Program-made: the position numbers and the translations under genes
Shown: in pieces, positions 1 through 11,450 of the stretch
Layout: every line of letters begins with the position of its first letter
Position numbering within the stretch: the stretch's first letter is position 1
The notes under the pieces: model-generated
What the model was told of the DNA's origin: nothing
What the model saw: the letters and a program-made list of their open reading frames with translations, nothing else
Databases searched by the model: none
Assembly (NCBI GenBank): GCA_964187785.1
Contig: OZ076409.1
Span: 91,824,001-91,888,000 of the forward strand
Direction of reading: 5' to 3'
DNA length: 64,000 bases
From: Amphiscolops sp. MND2022
Taxonomy: Eukaryota

Positions 1-1399
1 AAAAAGGCTGGAAAACGGTTGTATTGTTATCGGTATTGTCAAAAGTTTAACAGAAAATTACAATTACATTCCGCGTGTGGTTCAATGTTACATAGTCGCC
101 GGCATATCTATACACTAACTTGATTTAACCTAATTTGATATACCCAGTTGGTATTCAAAATACAAAGCCAAAATCAGCAGGAATTTCACTAATGGCCAAT
201 ATCTTATCTTGTATTTGCTCTACATTCTCGACCTCAAAAGAATTCATTCTATCAGGTTTCGCTTTGATCGGTGGGTGGTACATTAGAGAAGATCCGTGTT
301 ACGAGTTTGATCATCAATCAAATTAGAGTTCCCAACGAAAACCAGGATATAAATATTTATACACAAGTCAAATGAGTACACACATATGTAGTTAAACTGA
401 TAATTGAAATCCAAAATTTTGTTTCATTCGGGTTAAAGAGAAGTTTCGATTTGGTCAAGGGCGATAGATCTTATAACGTCAATTTCTTCAAGTCGTGGTT
501 GATTTCCTGTAGATCGATCCGTCATCATATACCATCATTGTTGTGACATTGTTGTAACACTTGCTATTGGTATAAAACCAAAAGATTTCAATTTCGATTG
601 GTTTTCCCGATCCCGACGCTGAAAGAAACACACATCAAATGAAACATGTTTTTAGAAGCGCAGACAGCTTTAAAAACACAGGGGTTTCACGAACAAAAAA
701 AAACACTTTTCCTACATCAATCTCTAGTAGAAGCAATTTTCATCACAGTTTCGCTGAAATCAATATTAACATTTTTTAACGAAAGAATTTTGAAACAGTT
801 TTTTCCTTGACTACTTCTCAAAATCTAAAAAGCCGTCCAGTGGGTAAAATTTTGAGTGAAAAGTGGCAAGAATTAAGTTGTCATTGGCTGAACATTTCAT
901 TGAAAAGTCAACAAAGTGTCTTATTTATTTAATTTTTGATTAGACTAGCCGAGAGTACCGAAACAGGAACTCGCGCTGTAGACTGATAACTATTAAACCG
1001 ATAATGAAATATGCTGAGTCGAAAAGCAGACTCGAGTTTTCTGATTGGTTGAAAAGTGTTCTTTCGAATCCGCTGGTTTCAATAACAATACTGGATGGCA
1101 ACGAATCAAAACAACCATTCTTGTCGGCCAAATGACGTGCCATTTCAATGCCTGTCGGCGTAACGCATCTTTTTCGTTTTCATAGTCCGGTCTTATGCCA
1201 TGAATAAAATCAACAATATCGAAGGAAAATTTAAGGAAAATTAGAATTAAGTTCTGATGTTCTGGTTTACATTCAAAAGCAAAAAGATTTTTTGTCTGCA
1301 GAAACGCAAGAACAGATTCAATCCGTTGAGAGCTAGCTAGACGTTTGATCAAAGCTTTGCGATGAACCGTTCTCAATTGATTTCATCGTTTCGTTTCAG

Positions 1400-1546
1400 C
1401 ATGACACGTTGGAGACTTTCCTGAAGAAGCACAACTGCTTTCTATCGTACTTGCAGTGCACGAGAGCTTTCACCAACCCCTATGTGGACACAGCTGGCTT
1501 CGGGCTCCAGTCTCTCAACGAGCAAGATGACACCTTCATGCTTGAA
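1400..1546 (+). CDS. Candidate internal coding exon of an unidentified host gene (HDTLETFLKKHNCFLSYLQCTRAFTNPYVDTAGFGLQSLNEQDDTFMLE)
   Basis: Acceptor tttcgtttcAG ends at 1399, donor GTaagt at 1547; 147 nt open, phase 0-0; GC-richer than flanks; joins in frame to 4192-4350. Confidence 0.6.
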
Positions 1547-2252
1547 GTAAGTCGCCTCTCCTTGTATCGCTGTTTTACCATGCCACCATGCAAGCTCTCC
1601 TGACCAAGCCCAAATTGGACCAGTTGGAGCTTGAGGCCGTTAAAAGATTTCTGACTGGTTATCTGAACCAAATTTAACCTGTTAACCCTAATTACTCAAG
1701 GGGTACTCTAAAGCAGCCTACCTTTTTTCAATTTCTGATTCGTTTTGCCAGTAGCCCATATTCTCTAGCACAGTTCATTGGTACCTCGAGTTTGATTTGA
1801 ATAGCACAAGCATTGGAAAAAGCGAATTTGGCTCCAAAATTAGGAAAAATGGGTTGATCTTGCAGAAAAACGGTTATGTTTTTCAAAAACTTCGTTTTTG
1901 GCGAAACCCAGTTAATCAATTAACCGAACATGGTTTGAGAAAAAAATCAAATTTCCACGAAACATTAAAAAAACCTTGTTGAAGTTGATCCACTCGAGGG
2001 GAAAGTTGCACTAGCTGTCAGAAAATTCAGTGAATGTTTTTTTGAACGCCTACTTTTAAGCATAACGTTGGCAATTTTAATTCGACCTTATGACCAAACA
2101 TATGAACTTCCAGCTGAGACCACTGTCGCGACACAACGCGTTTATAAATGTTTTTTTTTCAACCGGTTTTATAATATTCGACCGTTCAAATATTTTTAAC
2201 GGAATAACGGGTTAACTGCCTCAAGCTCTATGACCAGTGTTTTCCCATGATA

Positions 2253-3868
2253 AACTCTGGCTAAAACGTATGTGAAAAACCTAAAAACAAGAAACTTCTA
2301 TCGAAATAACCCTCATACACAAAAGTTACACTAACAACTTATGAAAATAGTCCAGCAATTATAACGATGTTCGAAATTTTTGTCAGAAGTATCTTCCTCA
2401 AATAGCGGAAATTGAACTTTAGCACTTCCGGTCTATCGGGAAGTGTCTAAAACGTATGTGAAAATTTTTTTCAAACCGTTTTTCAACCAAATTGTTTTTG
2501 CTAACGAAATTGATTTTTTCAGAGAACATTATCTTAGTATTTCAATCAAGTTTCACCCATCTATCAAGATCATATCAAGTTATTATTTCGAAGAAAAAAT
2601 TTTCGGAGAAACATCAAGAAAATGCCAAAAAGAGGAAAGCTGCTATCAGAGTTCGAACAGGGTCAAATTATTGGGATGACAGAATCTGGAAGAAGTATAA
2701 GTGAGATTCGAGAAACATCAGCAGAAGCTACAACTGTATCAAGAATTTTTTGGCAAGAGCCGGCGATTATAAATATGGAGGGGGCCCTTTTAAAAAACTG
2801 AATGAGAGAAATAAACGACAAATCATTAGAAAAGTGTCAACTGAAGGAGCAAAATCATTACGGAAGATTAAGAGCGAAAGAGCGAGCTAAACGTATCAGT
2901 TTCTAAAGGTATAACAAGAAAGTTTCTAAAAGAAGAGGGATACAAATACAAGAAAGCAAAAAAACAGGCAGCACTCACACTTGAAAAAAGCGAAGGTTGC
3001 AAAATTAACAAAACAATTGCTAGAAGAGATAACCGAAGAAAAACTTGGCGTGGAAAACAACTTTTTCAGACGAAAAACGATTTCTACTTGACGGACCAGA
3101 TGGAATGCAGTATTACTGGTGTTTGGACGGTGAGGAGAGAAAATGGTACGGAAAGAAAAAGTTCTCTAAAGGTTTGATGGTTTGGGGAGGCATTGGAGCA
3201 AACGGAACAACTTCGTTACACTTCTGCGACAAGAACATGGATTCAGAGTATTACCAGCACGTATTACAAGAAAACTACTTGCCGTTTCACCAACCAGTGT
3301 TCGTTTTTATGCAAGATAGCGCTTTACCACACACATTTGAGTCCACAAAGGAGTTTTTCAGACAACACAACATCAAAGTTCTGGATAGGGCTGCGAGCTC
3401 ACCCGATTGCAATCCAATATAAAACTTATGAGTGAGAGGTGTTTACGAAGGTGGAAAAGTTAACCATAATGTTGAAAATCTGAAAGATGCAATTCAAAAA
3501 GTTTGGGATGAGTTGGAGATTGAGCTGATAACAGACCCAGTCAAAGTTTTCCCAAACGCTTGATCCAAGTTGAGTAGTAGAAGCAAAAGGAGGTCCAACG
3601 ACGAGTTACTGAGTTAGTTTTTGCCCATTTCTAGGTGTTTTTGTTTAGAGATGACTAGTTGTTTTCAATTTTCACATACGTTTTAGACTCTCCGAAAACC
3701 CTAATTTCAAGAAATTCAGACGAAAAAAGTCAAGAAACATGGAAGCTCACAGAGAAACTGATGAAAATGTAAAGTTGCGTTGATTTCATCTGTTTTGTAT
3801 ATTTTCATTTACTTTTAGTAAGATGATCATTAAAAAAAACGTTTTCCACCCACGTTTTAGCCAGAGTT
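2253..3868 (+). mobile_element. Tc1/mariner DNA transposon (DD34E), decayed, IR/DR-type ends
   Basis: TIRs AACTCTGGCTAAAACGT(A/G) at 2253 and inverted at 3868, flanked by TA on both sides; inner repeats GTCTAAAACGTATGTGAAAA at ~2445 and inverted at ~3669-3688. Confidence 0.92.
3045..3600 (+). pseudogene. Tc1-family transposase catalytic domain, inactivated
   Basis: FSDEKRF..DGPDG, MVWGGI, FMQDSALPH, SPDCNPI followed by TAA where the catalytic E is expected (34 residues after the second D); further stops and frameshifts upstream and downstream. Confidence 0.9.
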
Positions 3869-4191
3869 TACAAGGCATTTAAGCCATTTTTAAGTTTAAT
3901 AATCAAACTGTTGTTTCTTTTTGTATTAGCCATGTTTTCGTTTTCTCGAGCTGAAAACTCCTGAGCGTGAAAATTTTCGAATTTTTGACATTTTTGAAAA
4001 TCTGGAAACTTTCGGGAAAGTTTCTCTTAACAGGTTCAAGATACTTCGGGAGTCCGATAATCTTCAACATCTTATCAAAAAATTTAGCGGGTACCGCAAT
4101 TTTGTGGGAAAAACCCTAAGTTTTTACACTGTGTATGTTACCAGTAGTAATTCTGTTATAAATTTAATAACATTCCAATTATCCACCCCAG

Positions 4192-4350
4192 GTGCGATGC
4201 TTCAAAGAGAACGGAGATCCCCTGTTCCCGCCCGGAAATTTCAGTTTCATTGGGTTTGTCGCCGACACCACCCAGGGAGAGGTAACTGAGGAACAGAAAG
4301 ACACATTCCGATTCTTCAAAGATCTTGCAGCTGCCGACAAATTCGATGAG
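4192..4350 (+). CDS. Candidate internal coding exon (VRCFKENGDPLFPPGNFSFIGFVADTTQGEVTEEQKDTFRFFKDLAAADKFDE)
   Basis: Acceptor ccccAG ends at 4191, donor GTtagt at 4351; 159 nt open, phase 0-0, compatible with exon 1400-1546. Confidence 0.6.
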
Positions 4351-5292
4351 GTTAGTACATACACCTCATCAAGGGTATCAAAAAGCTAAATACACTCCAT
4401 TTGGCCAACGAAATATTTCAAAACGAAATATCTTCTATTTTAATCATTTTACAGAAAAATCACAGGAGCAAAAGTATCTCAAAATTTGATAAGAACTACA
4501 ACGCTACTTTTTGTTTCGAAGCCAAATCGAAATTTCGAACGGAATATTACATGGTAGTTTGAGTACTTTTGGATTTTTTTTCGAACTTCATTATGCAATA
4601 TCTCAAAACCTACTGATGATATGAAAAAGATCATCCGATTACTTTTGTAGCCTTGACACTGTTCTTTAAATTTATAATTAACAGTTTTTCTGAAAACATC
4701 CTTGAAAAATGAACTGCCAAAAACAGTTGTAATTCCGTCAAAATATTTTCACGGAGTAAAAACTGAAGAGTTTTCATTTTGTGATCATTTTGCGGTGTCA
4801 ATTCATAAAGAGGGCATTTTCAGAAAAAGTGTTGAAACCAAAAGTTAGAGATCTGAATCAAAGGTACGATGTTTGTTGCAGGAATTTTTTGTTATGAACA
4901 GCGGTTTCCGAAATATTGCATGAAAATGCACGAAATTTCAGAAATTTTCAGAATTGTCAAACGTCAAAAATAAGCTAAGTGTTATTTAACTCTTGTAAAT
5001 TTTGTTTGAGTGCAAAAAAAAATCACCCCTGTAATTCTGATCAAAATTGAACAACATTTTGTTTCTGTTTTTTTTGTATCAATTGAATATGTACAAAGTT
5101 ATTGCCATTTGATTTTTTTGTAATTAGTTTTTTTTACCCTAGTGTAAGTTGTTTCGTTGTTGAAACGTTTCTTTCAGCCGAAAATTAAAAATTGAAAACC
5201 AAAAAGTTGACATTAATTAAAAGTTGACTCGACGAAAAAGTCAATTCAGAGCCATTGATTACCGCTGCAACAAAACAAGTAGTTGAAATTTT

Positions 5293-6112
5293 GAATACCA
5301 GAAATTTCGTCGTCGGAAATTTCGTCGTCGGAAATTTCGTCGTCGGAAATTTCGTCGTTAGAAATTTCGTCGTCAGAAATTTCGTCGCCAGAAATTTCGT
5401 CGTCGGAAATTTCGTCGTCAGAAATTTCGTCGCCTGAAATTTCGTCGTCGGAAATTACGCTCTATAAAACGTTGCATTTTATCTATTAGGAATTGTATAA
5501 TGGTATTGATGTCTAAAAATGTATCGAGTCTTGATAATTATCTAAATAATTATCGGTAATTGTGCAATTATTGCTATTATTGACTTATAGTAATGGCTTT
5601 AACAGAAAAAGTTTCGGACCATGTTCCTTATCCCTCCCACTCCAGATACACAATGTTTCTTATCCCCCTCCCAACACGAATGTCTTTCGACACTTCAAGC
5701 AAAAATTCCGCGGAATTTTCGATATTTTTTGACAAAAAAAGCAAAAATTCACCTCCGGAACAAGCTTAAATTGTATAGTAAAGCTCCCGAATACCTAGTT
5801 TCGCAAACTTTTTGAAACGATCTATATACCATTGCTCAATAAGCGTCTTGATGAATTAATTGACTGCAATTAACTTTTTGACTCAATTTTGGTGTCAAAA
5901 TGAAACTTGTTAAGATCTCTCATTTTAATAATTAAATAATTGAATAATTCAAATAAGCTCTTTTCGCGAGCGCTGTTAATTTTTATCAATACGACGAAAT
6001 TTCCGACGACGAAATTTCTGACGACGAAATTTCTGTATTTACTAATACGACGAAATTTCCTGCGACGAAATTTCTGACGACGAAATTTCTGGCGACGAAA
6101 TTTCCGCCTCCC
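5293..6112. mobile_element. Non-autonomous foldback/Mutator-like element with inverted subterminal 15-bp tandem arrays
   Basis: About 10 copies of GAAATTTCGTCGTCG/A at 5301-5455 and the reverse complement at ~5991-6105; G...C termini; candidate 8-bp TSD GAAATTTT at 5285-5292 and 6113-6120. Confidence 0.7.
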
Positions 6113-7605
6113 GAAATTTTAATTGGTCGCTTGATGATTTCTCAGTTGCGCTGGAATGTTATTGAAACAAGGAAATGAACCTTTTTTCAGACAACAAAAG
6201 TTATTCAGAAAGATCTTCAACTATCATGCTCTACTGTATTCACTTGTCTAACATTCTTATCTATTAAGTTGACACAACGCAACTGTGTCTTCAAACTACT
6301 ATTTCGCTGAAAACTTTTGAAGCAGTGCGAAATTTCATTCTATTCTACCTGCAGTATTGGTTTCAAGTGCAAAGGATAATTGTCATTCATTCGAAAAGCA
6401 GCTTCCGGTCCGCGATTTCGATGTTTTCATTATTTTCCGCCCACATATAATGGGGGGGGAATCATAATCTGTGTTGCGTTTTTTTCCAAATTCGGCCAAT
6501 CTCCACGATCTCCATAAATAGTCAAGTAACTAAAATAGTCAAGTAGTGGATGGAGATCGGGTTAAATCATCATTAGATATTTCATGAGGAAAATGAGAAA
6601 ATGAATCATCAAGCGCTTCATTCCTAGCTCAGTGGTATGTGGTATAATGCAGAAAACAATGCAATTGGCGGAGAAAAAGGGAAAAGAAGGCGGAAAATAT
6701 TCCGGTGCTTAGCGGGCGTCTTGTTTTCTTGATGTTTATTCGGTATGCACTTTTTTTCGCAAAATTCGAAACCCAAGAGTTTGGGACTTTCGAGAAGCTC
6801 GATTGGAAGTGACATCGATGTTTATCAAGGGCTTCAGTAACCTCTGAATTTTTTGTGTGATCGATTGAATATAAGATGACTCGCAGGGTTTTTTTGAACC
6901 AATCATTCATATTATTTTTTTTTAATTTTGAAGGATTATTTTTGAATGAACTGAAGGAAAATTCGGCTAGAAGCGCAGTGGCTCCGCAATATTTTTCGTT
7001 TATACTGTTTATACTCCCTTGTAAAAATCAGGCACTTCAGCCTCATTTCTTTGAGAAAAAAAATTGTCGGATTTTACACTGAACCTGAAACAACCCTGAT
7101 ACAATCAAAACTTTATAAAATACAGCACATTTTCATATTATATCCAAAAACGGTACCATCATTGTTCAATATAGATATAGGCATGGCCTTAGATATAGCG
7201 CCGACTTGAAACGTTCCCGTCTTGTTTCGTATTAGGAACAGATGTTTGTTACTTGTTTGGGGTTCTCAAAAGATTTTTTCAAATATTTACCAATGTTGAC
7301 GTGTCATATCATTTTGAAGCTCGTGAGACGCCCTTTTATGATTCAATGACTTCAATTTAGCAAAACAGAAATGTCACATCATGTCCAGCAACGGCGAGTG
7401 TGAAGAGAAATTCCTCAACCCTAGGCTCCTATGGGAAAATACGGGCGCAGTTGAGCCATGAAAGGCTGGGGAAACTAGCTTTTCTGTTCAAATAATTGAA
7501 CATGAACTGAACTATGTCTTTTGTACCAGCTACGAAATGAGTAACATAAATTACAGAAAAAAAACCACTTTTTTTTCGATGAAATGCGCTTAGTTTATTT
7601 TTAAA

Positions 7606-8030
7606 AACAAGACGGGAACGTCTAAAGTCGGCGCTATATCTAAGGCTCAAAAGGCTCAAAGTTTTTGAAATTGTAAAAGGGGTTACCATTTAGACTTTTT
7701 CAAATCCACTTTGTGGCAAAATATCAAAAAAGTTGAAGGGGGACCCTTTGACGACAAAAAAAATTGGAAAAAAAGTTCCACAGTGCCAAAAAAAATCCAA
7801 ATGGGGGACCCTGTAGTCCCGTCCGGTTTTGTATCTTACGTTGAAAAGGGAGTAAATGAAAGGATGGACCCTTTGCACTAACTTAGATGCGTTTCCGCTT
7901 GCCGGTCCAGTAGTTTAGTAGTTCTGTAGAAAAAGTGTCCACTACGCATACATTCTGTTGTCTGACGAAAAAAAAAGAAAAAACTTGCCACTGTAATAGT
8001 CGGGCTCATTTTGTTAAATGCGCCGACTAA
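7606..8030 (-). mobile_element. Helentron-associated (HINE/DINE-1-like) non-autonomous element
   Basis: AACAAGACGGGAACGTCTAAAGTCGGCGC at one end (hairpin plus subTIR) and AGTCGGGC...GCGCCGACTAA at the other; internal family-typical GGGACCCTTT repeat unit. Confidence 0.75.
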
Positions 8031-9380
8031 TAACATACGAATTACCAACCCTGATGTGTTGCAATGTTTCAGTACTTCGGAGAATACTACCGAATGCACA
8101 CTGGTGCCTCCCAACTGTTGGTGTGGATACCTCTGGTCGCCCTGCCAGTTATGTTCCAGAAAATGCTCTTCTGAGCAAACGCGTCATTAGCCCAAGATCA
8201 GCAGATCGAACTCATGCATTGATTCATGCTAAAAACTGATTGATAAATAAATTCGAGACTCTACAACTTCTGATTTCACTGCTTCCTGAACTTACTTAGG
8301 ACACGTCACTACTATAATTTTTCTTCTCAAATTTGCCGAGGATATTTATAGAATGCTTTTATTTATATTCTCACTGAAATTACAGTATCGAACTTTAAAC
8401 GCCCGAATTAAACCCTCTGTGAAAATCAAAGCACCGACCCGATCCACAAGCTAGTAATTCTAACACCTATGAAATTTTTGTTTGCTTTAAAAAAAGACAT
8501 TTAGCGGCGACATAAGAATCAATCTGTAAAAAATCGTTCCTGGAATTTTTCAATAGCCAGCTGACAACCAAACAAATCTCTAGTTTTACAAACATTTGGT
8601 TACAAATGTAATGAAGCGAGTTTTCCCCGTTAAACGGCGGGTAGTGCTGTTTTTGAATTTGTGTCTAAACGTGGAAAACTGACTCATCAACTACCGAGGG
8701 ATTATTTTTTTCGGTGGGCTGGTAGTAATCAACGAGAAGAGATCCATAACTAGTTCACTTGACTTTCTGGTTTGATTATTTACTCATTTCTAAAAGTATT
8801 TGCGCTGAAAGTTTTTTCACAGTTCTTTTGTTCTTTCTCTGTTTCAGTTTTATGAACGTTTCAAGTTTATGGCCAGAGATAAAAATCAGCAATCTTGCTC
8901 CTGTTCTTCAAGAACTGTATGCTGTGAAAGACTTTTTTTCTTGTTTTGGGATACTCGTGAACGTACATTTTGCGGGAATTTCAAAACTTCAGTTTGACTG
9001 AGGCGTGAAAAAGTGTAAAAAAAGACCAAGCATCGATATCGATGGCATTGAAATGATTTTGTTGAAGAAAGTATGTTGAATGCGGGCCTTTTGGAGCCGC
9101 TGGACACAGCCTCTCCTATCAGGAAGATGAAACAAAGAGTGGTGAGTTTGTCAAAAATTATCGAAAATCCTGCTAATTATTGCTTCAAGTGTCGAAACAA
9201 CTTCGTGTGGGGGATAAGAAACAAGGTGTCTCTAGAAGGAATAAGGAACATGGTCCAAAACTGTTTCTCTCAAAACCATAACTAAAAGTAGTCAATGATA
9301 GCAATTATTGCACAATTGTCGATAATTATTAGGATAATTATCAAGAGTCGATAACTAAGTATCGATAATAAGGTAAGACG

Positions 9381-11450
9381 TGTAACGTCCAGCTAGCAGC
9401 AAACATGCAAGAAGTGGGACAATGCCTAGATTGCTCTAACAGGAGAGCAGTGTCTTACTGCAACCTAGACAGCCTAGTGTCAGCGAGTCTTGGACTTGCG
9501 AGGTGGCACATGCAAAATACGCAAACTTCTCAGTTTCTTCATTTCTTGGGCGATTCTTCGGGTTTTGCTGTTAGCTGGGACGTCTGCCGAGGGGGATGGC
9601 AACGCACGGCGATTTCGAGGATACTTCTATGGCAGGGTGTTCTCTCTCGAGCTGGAGGTGGTGGGTGGTTTAATTTTTTTGTCTTCCTGTCTGCTTTCAA
9701 GTACCTGCCAGGTCGAGCGTCTTGATTTATTCAATTTGCTATCGGACATTTTCAAAATCTCTTCGAAATTTTGTTTCCCTGGGTGCTGGACGTTTCACCC
9801 TCCCCGGGCCGTAGTTTGTCGTCCTCGTCAAACGAGTGTTTACGTTCACGTCTTGGCTGCCATCATCCTGTGATGCTGTTTCAACAACCTTGTGTTCAGG
9901 AATCTAAATAGAAGTTGCTCCTCAAAAAGACGAACTTTTTACAAGCCTAGCATGCGTTCCAAACGAATCTAGAGTTGTAGCACTCGGACAGCATTAGCAA
10001 ATTTAAACAATTAACATTATTTTGACAATATTCAAAACTTTTAATTTCGCACCAAAATTTCTAGAACGTTTTGGTATCACATCTCTATAAAACGCATCAT
10101 ATCAGGGTTTGCACCAACTTGGGGTCCAACTGATAAATCAGGTTCGACAAAATGCACGATAGCAATTGATGGGTATAAAGTTACAACTATGATCTTGTAA
10201 AAGTGTCGTCGTGCATGGCAAACAGAAACTGCACAGTGAACGCCAACATCGAAGACATCATCAAAACAGAGTTCCCATTCAGTCAGTTGTTGGCAGTATA
10301 GGCTCAGTAAAAACTATTGTCGAGGTAGTGTAAGCACCAGTGTATAGGGAAGAGATGGCAGTAAACTGTTTCTCCAGAAGGTGATTAAGTCAATAGGGAT
10401 GACAAACTAAAACCAACAGCAGTTCCTAAGCAACAAAATTAGACTTTGGAATAGATCATGAAAATTGTTTGCAATAAAAACTAGTTCCAGAGCAATCATT
10501 TGAATTTTAAAAAGAACGACCGTTGACAAATCAGTTTTCAGAGCTTCAAAGCTCCGAGCGTTTCTCTCGCAAAGGTACAGGTACTCCCCGGGCCAATCCC
10601 TTATCCAGTGTTTTCACATCGACATGGTTTGCGCAACTGTGGCAGCGAGAACCAAGGTAGACCTTATGATGAATTAGGCGACGAACACTGATTTTTGAGA
10701 AGCCTGCTTTGCTACGGACCATAGATTGCCTGAAAAGTTTTTTTACACTCATGCTGCCCTGTTCTGGAGAGCACAATAAAAGCGTAAATGTAATCAGGGA
10801 CTGAAGGTAGACATTGAGTCTGGAGTAATATCTTGACTTACGATCGTATCACGATAAAAAAACTGTTCTTTTTTAACGAAGGTGGTCACTAGTGTGCTTG
10901 TTGTTCTGTATTGAGACGCACTGCGTCAAAGTTTAAACCTCTAAAAAAGCCTGTAAAGGCGCTCCAGCATCCGTAGGGCACTGAGCATGCGTGATTTTAA
11001 TGAATAGCTTGCACTCAGGTGACGTTGATAACGGTTGAGAGGAAAACGCGGTTTCTGTGTTTTTCACTAATACGTCTCGTAGACTGTTTTTCGGCAACCA
11101 CAGATGTTAAAATGGTCCAGCCACCGCGTAAAACGCTTAAGTGAACCGCAGTACGTGCGTCTAGTGTAAAATAGGCTCGTTGCTGCACCTACTCAGGGTT
11201 TTAGGAGCGACACTTGTGCAATTTTTTGCAAAAATTGTAAAGACTTGTTGTTTTCCATTCGAAACGCACGTCTGAGGAAGGTGAAAATCACTTCTAGTGC
11301 TGCTAGCGATCTGAAAATTATACACCGTGTACCACACTGGCTGAATTGTAGGGAAACAACCACCGATTGCGCTACAGTTGGTTGTATGCGACTTGCGGTG
11401 GCTCAACAATGTTGTTAGAAAAAAAATCAACTAAGTTGTGAAATTTACAT
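9381..11450 (-). mobile_element. Degraded 3' part of a probable LTR retrotransposon (LTR end, basic ORF remnant, Cys-rich possibly env-like remnant)
   Basis: Begins TGTAAC on + (…GTTACA on -); 9381-9790 is homologous to 13593-14318; minus-strand remnant MSDSKLNKSRR...HVPPRKSKTR*; upstream broken Cys-rich frames. The env-like call is inference only. Confidence 0.4.

Noticed and set aside
100..1376. Minus-strand ORF-like stretches (940-1376 and 100-560)
   Set aside because: Broken frames with no motif I can recognise and no convincing splice pair.
5255..5455. Regular 15-bp repeats and ORF (NFVVG)n as a CRISPR array or repeat protein
   Set aside because: No unique spacers, no cas genes, eukaryotic context; the array is mirrored at the other end of a TE and the ORF is just its translation.
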